Shown here: piece by piece, positions 17,480-25,350 of the stretch
Numbering within the stretch: the first letter of the stretch is position 1
Layout of the letters: every line of letters begins with the position of its first letter
DNA from: a virus
Taxonomy: Duplodnaviria > Caudoviricetes
Virus record (IMG/VR): IMGVR_UViG_3300029183_000018
Location: 1 to 36,092 of that record
Direction: 5' to 3' (one strand)
DNA: 36,092 bases
Program-made: the position numbers and the translations under genes
Notes under the pieces: model-generated
The model's input: only the letters and a program-made list of their open reading frames with translations
What the model was told of the DNA's origin: nothing
Databases searched by the model: none

Positions 17480-18244
17480 ATGCTTACTCTAGCCTATAAC
17501 GATTTAATCACACCCAGCCAGGTGGCCGATATGGCTATGGGTAAGCTGGGTGATTCTGTGGAGAATGCACTGAGGGCAGATCCTGGCTCTGGGGATACTG
17601 ATGAGATCCAGCAGGCTGCTCTCAGGCACATCAAGGCCGGCACCAAAAAGATAGAGTTCTACCTATCCAGAAAGGTGATCATAGCTGAGCACACCATGAG
17701 GTGGAGAAATGATGTGCATGGCAGTGATTGGAATGAGGCCAGCGAGTTCACCAGGCCAAACCAGAGCCAGAGGTACACCACCTATTTTGATCAGTGGCCT
17801 GTAGTGCAGATCTATTCTGTGGATGGGGATACTGGCCTGGCTGATGAGATTGAGGTGGCCGGCCCCAGGATGGATTATGCCGTGGTTCACTTTGATGGGG
17901 ATCTGGGAAACCTGCCCACGGATTCTGCCTACTTTGCCGGCTACATCAGGGATGATCAGGTGCCACCTGGTTCAGGTGAAACGTGGAACTCAGCCCTCTC
18001 CACTGGTGCCCTGGATAACCTCCTGCCTGCCACGGTGGTAGAGGAGGTGCCCCAGGATATCGTGAGTGTGGCTGCAGATTTTGTGATAGCATCACTCATC
18101 TGGCACCAGCGTGGCCTGATCGGCGTGAGTGAATCTGAGATCTCTGCCGATAGGCTAAAGATCACCAGCAAAAAGGCCCTGGATGATTACATTAAAAAGC
18201 GGCTGGATGATATCCGTGGCCACCGAAACGTGCCGGCATTTTAA
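17480..18244 (+). CDS. putative head-tail connector (gp6-like)
   Basis: Position after the capsid region; IEFYLSR, YFAGY and VPQDIVSV patterns. Confidence 0.6.
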   Translation: MLTLAYNDLITPSQVADMAMGKLGDSVENALRADPGSGDTDEIQQAALRHIKAGTKKIEFYLSRKVIIAEHTMRWRNDVHGSDWNEASEFTRPNQSQRYTTYFDQWPVVQIYSVDGDTGLADEIEVAGPRMDYAVVHFDGDLGNLPTDSAYFAGYIRDDQVPPGSGETWNSALSTGALDNLLPATVVEEVPQDIVSVAADFVIASLIWHQRGLIGVSESEISADRLKITSKKALDDYIKKRLDDIRGHRNVPAF

Positions 18245-18771
18245 TGGCTGATGATCTCAAAATATTGCAGGGGGCTATCCAGAAGATTCTGAAAAAGAGA
18301 AAGGACCTGAGGAAGCGAATAGCCAACATGGCAGTGGCTAGGATTGGTGCCAGATCCATCCAGGACTACATGAGGGATGGGCCGGCTGAGCGGCTGCCCG
18401 GTGATGGTGGCCACCTATACACCCAGAGCCAGGACCTGGCCAGGGCTGTAAAGGGTGGGGCAAACTCCAGGAAAGTGGTGAAAGTGGTGGCAGCTGTTAC
18501 CCGTTTTATCTTCACCATCCTCCTGCCCTATGCCAGGATTCATGAGGAGGGTGGCAGCATCACGATCACATCCCAGATGAGGAGTTTTTTCTGGGCCATG
18601 TTTTTTGATACTGGAGATCTAAAGTGGAAATATATGGCACTCACAAAGAAAACCAGTTTCAAGATAGATGCCAGGCCATACCTGCAGCCAGCCATCGATG
18701 ATGAGCTGCCTGAGATCCAGAAACGTGCCATTCAATTAGTACTAGCTTTTATTGAGGCAGAACTGCCATGA
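18244..18771 (+). CDS. virion morphogenesis / tail completion protein (Mu gpG / HK97 gp10-like)
   Basis: YARIHEEGG and IDARPYLQPAID. Confidence 0.8.
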   Translation: MADDLKILQGAIQKILKKRKDLRKRIANMAVARIGARSIQDYMRDGPAERLPGDGGHLYTQSQDLARAVKGGANSRKVVKVVAAVTRFIFTILLPYARIHEEGGSITITSQMRSFFWAMFFDTGDLKWKYMALTKKTSFKIDARPYLQPAIDDELPEIQKRAIQLVLAFIEAELP

Positions 18772-19322
18772 GTATTACACCTTTCACAATACCCCTGGAT
18801 GAGAAAATGGAGTGGCTCAGGGCTAAGCTAAAGAGCCTCCTGGATGCTCATGGATATGCCACATTCAATGTGCATAAGTTTGTAACGATGGGGATGCTGG
18901 GCCTGGCCAGCAACTATGATGTTAAAAACGTTTTTGGCAAACCTGTGGCGTGGTGCAGAATAGCCCCCATTGATATGGAGGATAACAGTGAGATCACAGA
19001 TGATGAGGTGGATGTAGGTGGGAGCCAGGTGATACAACACCACACTTTCAGCGTTTTAATACAGTATCAATTCGCTGAGTCAGATAGCTATGATGGCAGC
19101 ACGTTTGATCAGTGGAATAAATTACTATTCAATCAGGGGCCAGCTCCTGGAGTATTGAAAGAGTTTGCCACCTTAGGTGCAGAGGTGGTGGGCAGTGAGA
19201 ACCAGGTTGTTCAAATTGAGCGGCCTGAGAGCATTGCTATCCCAGAGTATCCTGTGGCCTTTTATGCCACTGAGGATGAAACCCTGGTGCACCATTGTGA
19301 TTTTCGCATAACGTTAATTTAA
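18768..19322 (+). CDS. putative tail terminator
   Basis: Position before the tail tube, size and acidity; no specific motif. Confidence 0.5.
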   Translation: MSITPFTIPLDEKMEWLRAKLKSLLDAHGYATFNVHKFVTMGMLGLASNYDVKNVFGKPVAWCRIAPIDMEDNSEITDDEVDVGGSQVIQHHTFSVLIQYQFAESDSYDGSTFDQWNKLLFNQGPAPGVLKEFATLGAEVVGSENQVVQIERPESIAIPEYPVAFYATEDETLVHHCDFRITLI

Positions 19323-19334
19323 ACGAGAGTAAAA

Positions 19335-19814
19335 ATGCCAGATACCAGTTTACACAGGCCGGTGGTGGAATCGATTGAGCATGCCCTGGATTATAACCCA
19401 GATGATGTAAGCTCAGGCACATTCATCACCATTCCTAGAACCCAGATCATGGGTGATGGATACGAGGCTTTTGGGGAAACAGCCGAAACAGTTCAGGGCA
19501 TGAACAGCACTGATCTGATGGCCATGATTCTGCTCAAGGGAGTTCTGCCCCTTGCCTTAAAGGCTGATGATGTTTTCCAGGCCAATCTCAAAGCGGCCAC
19601 CACCAACCTCAGCCCCATGTGGTTCCGCATTAAGGAGCTGGGCAAAGATACCATGAAAATCGTGGGTGGCAAGTTTGGCTGCCATGTGATTTACACTGAG
19701 CAGGCTGTGCCGAACCCAGCCAGCCTGGTGATGGCATCGCTGCAAGTTTCCGCACCAGCCAATGAAAGTGGCCAGGCCATTCAGTCATTTACTCCAGCGG
19801 GTTCTGGATCCTAA
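19335..19814 (+). CDS. putative major tail tube protein (ends AGSGS)
   Basis: 159 aa; directly before the frameshifted chaperone and tape measure. Confidence 0.65.
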   Translation: MPDTSLHRPVVESIEHALDYNPDDVSSGTFITIPRTQIMGDGYEAFGETAETVQGMNSTDLMAMILLKGVLPLALKADDVFQANLKAATTNLSPMWFRIKELGKDTMKIVGGKFGCHVIYTEQAVPNPASLVMASLQVSAPANESGQAIQSFTPAGSGS

Positions 19815-19829
19815 ACTGAGGGGAGATCA

Positions 19830-20147
19830 GTGAGAAAGTTACTCTCTTTTAAAAGGAAAAAGCGTTGGCAGCTAAAGCCCACCCCTGTTATGAAAGATTT
19901 AACAGTGGGTGTGGCTGAGGCTGTTTGTGCTGCACTGGAGCTGGAGGTGGATCTGCTCCTCAACGGTGAGCTTGTGCCAGATGATCTGGAGGCTCCCACA
20001 TTGGCCAGGGCTCAGTTATTTCTCAGGGCTCTCCTGGAGAATGGTGATGAGTACGATGTTTCCACCTGGCCGGCCCAATACTACGCTCCACTGATGGCTG
20101 GGCTAGTGGCAAATTTTATGGCAGGGCTATTCATCAGCTGGAGCTGA
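19830..20147 (+). CDS. tail assembly chaperone (gpG-like)
   Basis: Position; GAGGGGAG before the GTG start; slippery site near the 3' end. Confidence 0.65.
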   Translation: MRKLLSFKRKKRWQLKPTPVMKDLTVGVAEAVCAALELEVDLLLNGELVPDDLEAPTLARAQLFLRALLENGDEYDVSTWPAQYYAPLMAGLVANFMAGLFISWS

Positions 20148-20398
20148 GTAGCCCCATAGTGGCCTCTCTCATTGATCGTGGGGGAACCTTGCCAGATTCC
20201 AGAGGCATGCAAAAGGCTGCCAGTTTCACCCTCGCCCTGGGCCGGCTAGAGCCTGGGGATTTTCACATGGTGTGGAATGTTTGGCCGTTGCACATATCCA
20301 TGATCTGGATGCAGCTGCAGAACCTGGATATAAAACAAGAACATCACAGGCAGGTGATGGCCAAAGAAATGGCCAGGGCCAGCACACCTCACATTTAG
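20111..20398 (+). CDS. -1 frameshift extension of the tail assembly chaperone (gpGT-like)
   Basis: A AAT TTT heptamer at 20111-20117; the -1 frame is open from there (YGRAIHQLELSSPIVASL...) to the stop at 20398. Confidence 0.7.
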   Translation, partial: KFYGRAIHQLELSSPIVASLIDRGGTLPDSRGMQKAASFTLALGRLEPGDFHMVWNVWPLHISMIWMQLQNLDIKQEHHRQVMAKEMARASTPHI

Positions 20399-20401
20399 GT
20401 T

Positions 20402-22474
20402 ATGCCAAGAAAATTAAAAATAGAGCTTGAACTGGATGATCATGGCATGGCCAAAAACCTCAAGGTCAATGGTGAGGCTGTGGTTAGCCTGGGTGATGAT
20501 ATTGATAAAACCAAAAAAAAGGCTAAGAGCTTTGGTGATATCACATCTGTGGCCTTTGGAAACCTGGCAGCCAGGGGGATATCCAGTGCCCTCAGTGGCA
20601 TCAGAAACCTGGCCAGGAATGGGTTTAGGCTGCTTAATGATTCTGTGAAGCTGGCAGGCATCCAGCAGATAGCTGAGGGCAAACTGAAAACAGCCCTCAA
20701 AAATATGGGGGATGAGTCAGAGGCCAGTTTCCTCAAGCTCAAAAGAGCTGCATCAGCCCTGCAGGATGTTAGTAACTTTGGGGATGAGATGACTCTCACG
20801 GCCCAGGCCATGCTCCTCACATTTAGGGAGGTATCTGGGGCTGAGGGTGCAGAGGTGCTCACTAGAAGGATGGCAGATGTAGCAGCCGGCCTCACAAAGG
20901 TTTCAGGTGAGGCTGTGGACCTGAATAACGTGGCGGCCCTCATGGGCAAGAGCCTGAGCAGATCTGCCTCTGAGCTTTCCAGGGTTGGGGTGAGTTTTAG
21001 CAAGGTACAGGAGGAGGCATTTAATGCAGCTGAGGGAATGGATAAAGTGAACATCCTGGCAGAGATCCTGGATGATAATTTTAAGGGCATGGCAGAGAGC
21101 CTCAGGGATCCCCTCAAGCAGCTCAGCAATGATGTGGGAGATCTTAAGGAGGAGCTGGGCTTTCAGCTCAGGCCAGAGATCAATGCAATGGCAGAGGAGA
21201 TGAGGAGCTTTGTGAAAGATCCCCAGACCGTGGGCTTTGTTAAGGAGATTGGCCAGGCTGTTATTGCTACAGTGGGTGCAGCTGGCAAAGTGTTTGAGTT
21301 CGTGGGTGGAATATCCAGGGGCATCAGAGCATCCATCAGGCTCACCATAGGCAAGTGGAGAGAGTTCCAGCTGGCCATTGTAAACGGTACTTTGAAAATC
21401 ACTCAGGTGCTGCAGAGCAGTGCAGAGTTCCTGGGTATGGGTGGCATGGCTGGCTCCCTGGCAGAGCTAAATAAGGAGCTGGTGATTCAGAGCCTGGCAC
21501 TCAAGGTGATGGCTGATGGAGAGAAAGCCCTGGCAGCTGAGATCATGATAGGAAACCAGGCCCTGGAGAAAAGGCAGGAGCTAACTGGTGGAGGAGCTGG
21601 TGGTTCGTTCGGTGGTGGATCTACAACTGGGGCCGGCTCTGGTGCAGCTGGGGCATCCCAGGATACCACTGATCCCCTGGCCACGATGAAAAAGAGGAGA
21701 GAGGAGCTGATCATGCAGGGGCAAATTACACAGGAATTAATTGGGCTAAATGCTCAGATAGCAGCCATTGAAGCTGAGCGGGCATTCACCAGGGAGGCAT
21801 CTCAGATCACTGCCCTGGAGGGGGCTGAGGCTGAGAAATCAGCAACCCAGGAGCAGATGGATCTCCTCCTCCAGAAAAAGGATGCAGAGATTGAGGCTGC
21901 AGCTGCAACGATAGCAGCCACCAAAGAGGTGCAGAGATCAAAGGCTGAGCTGGCCAAGCAAGAACAGCAGAACCTGGCCAGGCAGGTGCAGGCCAATACG
22001 GCCAGTGCACTCTCGTCAGGATCAGCAGCAGATGCAATTAAGAACTCCATCAGGGGCATCATCCAGGCCAAACTGGCCCAGCTCATAGCCAGCATACTGG
22101 CACCCCTGGGGCCGGCTGCCCTGGTGGTGGGGCCCCTCCTGGCTGCTGGTGGCAAGGCATTGTTCCAGAGCCTGGTGCCTGGGTTTGCATCAGGTGGCAC
22201 AGTGCAGGGCCCACCTGGTACAGATAACGTACTGGCCAGGCTTACACCAGGTGAGGAGGTTATTAATGCAAAAGCCTCAGCCGAGAATAGGCCCCTCATC
22301 AGAGCCATTAACTCAGGGCTCCCAGCATCAGCTGGCATGGGGCCCATGAGCATAGATGTGAATATTAATGGCCAGCTCACTGCAAACAATGATCAGATCC
22401 TGGCCCAGCTAGATGAAACTGAGGTAGCAGTTCAGCAAACCAGGGGCCAGATAAGAACAGAGAGGCCATCATAA
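20402..22474 (+). CDS. tape measure protein
   Basis: 690 aa, Ala/Gly/Leu-rich and helical; GFASGG...GTDNVLARLTPGEEVIN C-terminal motif. Confidence 0.9.
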   Translation: MPRKLKIELELDDHGMAKNLKVNGEAVVSLGDDIDKTKKKAKSFGDITSVAFGNLAARGISSALSGIRNLARNGFRLLNDSVKLAGIQQIAEGKLKTALKNMGDESEASFLKLKRAASALQDVSNFGDEMTLTAQAMLLTFREVSGAEGAEVLTRRMADVAAGLTKVSGEAVDLNNVAALMGKSLSRSASELSRVGVSFSKVQEEAFNAAEGMDKVNILAEILDDNFKGMAESLRDPLKQLSNDVGDLKEELGFQLRPEINAMAEEMRSFVKDPQTVGFVKEIGQAVIATVGAAGKVFEFVGGISRGIRASIRLTIGKWREFQLAIVNGTLKITQVLQSSAEFLGMGGMAGSLAELNKELVIQSLALKVMADGEKALAAEIMIGNQALEKRQELTGGGAGGSFGGGSTTGAGSGAAGASQDTTDPLATMKKRREELIMQGQITQELIGLNAQIAAIEAERAFTREASQITALEGAEAEKSATQEQMDLLLQKKDAEIEAAAATIAATKEVQRSKAELAKQEQQNLARQVQANTASALSSGSAADAIKNSIRGIIQAKLAQLIASILAPLGPAALVVGPLLAAGGKALFQSLVPGFASGGTVQGPPGTDNVLARLTPGEEVINAKASAENRPLIRAINSGLPASAGMGPMSIDVNINGQLTANNDQILAQLDETEVAVQQTRGQIRTERPS

Positions 22475-24334
22475 ATGGGAGTAGTTTACCAGGGCTCAAT
22501 GAAAGCCAGGAAAAGGAAATGGTTTTTCCAGCTGATCAAGGCAGGGGGATCTCTCATATCTGATGATCATGATGTGAATATTACCAGTAATCTGCAGTGG
22601 GGTGAGGATTCTACTACTGGGTTTCTGGATCGGCTGATTATGCCGGCCTCACTCAGGGTGGAGTTTACAGATCCAGGCTCTGTGATATTCGATGATATCA
22701 GGCAGGCTGGGGTTAATGCATTCACCCTGAGAATCTATGATTCCACTCTCACCTATGAGATGGATTTTTTCCTGAGGCTGCAGAGTTCTTTTACCCCCCT
22801 AAAGGATGAGATAGCTGTGCCAGTTACCAGGCTCCTGGCCAGGTGTGGGCTCACCAGGCTGCCTGAGATGGATGCTGCAGTGGGCCTCACTCGAACCACC
22901 CACCAGATATTCAAATTCATTTTATCGGATAACCTGAGGGCCCAGGATATCCTTTATCTCTTTGGCACCAGGAACTCACGGGAGGGTGTTTCTGGAAACT
23001 GGATCGAACAGCTCAGATATCCAGATCTGGATTATGCATACACTGGCCTGGGTGAGGATCCTGATGAGGTGGATACAGCTGGTAACATGCTCACTGATTT
23101 TGTGGAGGCATTCCAGTGCATGGTGTGGAACGATCTCCACTATGGCAGGAGGTGGGTGGTAGCCCAGCCCTGGCTGCTGGGGAGAGATATAACTGTGGTA
23201 TCCAGGCTGGCTGCCCTCTACGATGAGGAGGCCGGCACTGTTGATGCTGTCGAGGTGCCTGGCCAGGTGGCTCTGCTGAGCACAGAGGATAAAGCCCTGA
23301 GGGGATTGTTTGATGCTGATCGTGCTGTGGAGATCGTGATAGGATCCAAACGTGATGAGATCACAAACATCCTGATCCAGAAAGGATCTCTCAGTGAGGG
23401 GTGGAGTGGTGCAAATAACATTTTCTGGCCAGGCAGTGAGCCTAATATTTTCAACGAAACCACAGAGGGTGGGTATGTTGATATAGGTGGCAGGAGTGTG
23501 AAGAATCACACCATCCTGGTAAAGGTTGGCAAGTGGGTGAGGGTTACGCTGGATTTTGACTATGCTCTGGAGTATGCACCTGGTGGCATTGGCACTCATG
23601 GCCAGGAGTACAAGCTGCTGGCTGAGCCCCTGGATCCCCTGGGCACCACATACTACAGTGATGATGCTGCCGGCACTGATGTATGGACCAGCACAGATAC
23701 CACCCTGAGTGAGGCAGCTGTTACACCTGATCCCAACGGCACGGCCCCTGCATCGCTAACCTGGAGAAACGTTATCCATACCCTGGCCGATTACATGCAG
23801 GAGGATGGATACCTGGTGTTTCAGTTTCTGGGTGATACTGGATCTGATTATTTCAGTCACATTAGAAATGCCAAGATCATACTGGAGGATCAGGCTGCAT
23901 CAGCAATTACGGATACGCCACCCTGGCCGGCTCACGGAACCTCAGAGGCCGTGGGGGGATCCGTTACTGAGGGCCCCACTGTTGAGTATCAGAGGCCCTG
24001 GCATCCAGTGACCCTGGAGAAAACAGCTGTGGAGGATGTGGAGGTGGAGGTAGATCATACAGGCACAGGCATCTGGGGCCTGCCCAATAACTGGGTGGAT
24101 GCCAGCGAAGCATCAGGCCCTTACTTTGATCTGAATGAGTGGATCATAAGAGCCAGGCTGGCCAGGGGTGCAGGTGGCCGGCTGCTCAAGGGAACCCATA
24201 AAGGCATCCTCACACCTGGTACAATTATCCAGGCCCTGGGTGAGAGGTTCATTGTGATTTATGTTAATGTGGATCTGCATACAGAAACCACCACTTACCT
24301 GGTATATGAAGAACTTTTAAAACTGGCATCCTGA
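22475..24334 (+). CDS. tail tip / hub-like structural protein
   Basis: 619 aa, acidic and beta-rich, follows the tape measure gene. Confidence 0.6.
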   Translation: MGVVYQGSMKARKRKWFFQLIKAGGSLISDDHDVNITSNLQWGEDSTTGFLDRLIMPASLRVEFTDPGSVIFDDIRQAGVNAFTLRIYDSTLTYEMDFFLRLQSSFTPLKDEIAVPVTRLLARCGLTRLPEMDAAVGLTRTTHQIFKFILSDNLRAQDILYLFGTRNSREGVSGNWIEQLRYPDLDYAYTGLGEDPDEVDTAGNMLTDFVEAFQCMVWNDLHYGRRWVVAQPWLLGRDITVVSRLAALYDEEAGTVDAVEVPGQVALLSTEDKALRGLFDADRAVEIVIGSKRDEITNILIQKGSLSEGWSGANNIFWPGSEPNIFNETTEGGYVDIGGRSVKNHTILVKVGKWVRVTLDFDYALEYAPGGIGTHGQEYKLLAEPLDPLGTTYYSDDAAGTDVWTSTDTTLSEAAVTPDPNGTAPASLTWRNVIHTLADYMQEDGYLVFQFLGDTGSDYFSHIRNAKIILEDQAASAITDTPPWPAHGTSEAVGGSVTEGPTVEYQRPWHPVTLEKTAVEDVEVEVDHTGTGIWGLPNNWVDASEASGPYFDLNEWIIRARLARGAGGRLLKGTHKGILTPGTIIQALGERFIVIYVNVDLHTETTTYLVYEELLKLAS

Positions 24335-25260
24335 TGATCACCAGAGGGCAAATATACAGAGCTGTTTTTGTGCAGGAATTAACTGGCCACGTGGTGGATG
24401 CACAGGCCAGGTTTGCCATGCCGGCCAACATCATCACCAAACGTGAGCAGAGCATGAGGATAGATGGTGCCAGTGTGCCCATCAAGCGCTTTCACACATT
24501 GGAGTGGCCTCTGCTGAGGGAGTGTGATATATCCAGCCTCAGGCAGATGTGTGGCCAGGGGTGGCCTGTTACCTGTTACGTGATCGGATTTAATGTGCAT
24601 GGCATCTGGGCCGTGGGTGAGAACCTGGATGTAACTGATATCAGGAGGGGCCCAGGAACTATGGCAGGGAGCATGGCCACCATGAGGAGCCACACTTTTG
24701 ATGGGGCCATTTATCAATCTTACAACCTGGTGGAGGGCATCCCCTGGGCCTGCACTGATTCCTATGCCATACCCACGCTCATTGGATCGGGGAGCGGGGC
24801 CGGCCTGGGCTCTGGCAGTGGCGATCTCCAGGAGTGGATGCTGGCCAGGATCGGGCAAACTGGATGGGATGGGCCACACTGGGATCCAGGTGGCCCAGGT
24901 GCCTCTGTGGATTTCATGGGCACCCTCACAAAATCTGGCACCATCGATCCTGTGCTATCATGGATTCTACCTCTGCAGGGGGCCACACTGGAGATCTCTG
25001 GGGATGAGAATGCCACACAGGCCAGGTTCTATGATTGGAGTGGAAACCTCCTCTCTGGAACCATTACCAAAACCAATGGCATTCCCTCTGCATCTGGGGT
25101 GATTCCTGATGGAACATGGAGGGTGGAGTTCTCAGTTGATGAGGCAGATGTGCAGCCCATCATCCAGATCACAAACCCAGGGCCAATGATCGATCCCAGG
25201 CCAGGGATTTATGTGGGCTCTGATAAGGTGCAGATTGGGGTTCCTGGGTGGTCAACCTAA
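24334..25260 (+). CDS. tail protein with an internal GSGSG loop; paralog of a domain in the 1490-aa protein
   Basis: IGSGSGAGLGSGSG; colinear similarity to the region encoded at 28099-28998. Confidence 0.7.
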   Translation: MITRGQIYRAVFVQELTGHVVDAQARFAMPANIITKREQSMRIDGASVPIKRFHTLEWPLLRECDISSLRQMCGQGWPVTCYVIGFNVHGIWAVGENLDVTDIRRGPGTMAGSMATMRSHTFDGAIYQSYNLVEGIPWACTDSYAIPTLIGSGSGAGLGSGSGDLQEWMLARIGQTGWDGPHWDPGGPGASVDFMGTLTKSGTIDPVLSWILPLQGATLEISGDENATQARFYDWSGNLLSGTITKTNGIPSASGVIPDGTWRVEFSVDEADVQPIIQITNPGPMIDPRPGIYVGSDKVQIGVPGWST

Positions 25261-25335
25261 ATAAATTAGGTTTGGCACTTGCCTCACATATAAAAATACA
25301 TGCGTTTACAGCTCCTCGATGAGCTGGGCGCCACT
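25254..25335. repeat. Intergenic element copy B
   Basis: AACCTAA-ATAAA-TTAGGTT perfect inverted repeat; shares TACATG and AGCTGGGCGCCACT with 11059-11129. Confidence 0.8.
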
Positions 25336-25350
25336 TAGAAATTTAGGCAG

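Noticed and set aside
21586-21657. Gly/Ser-rich stretch in the tape measure protein as a glycosylation site
   Set aside because: Such linkers are common in tape measures and the protein lies inside the tail lumen.
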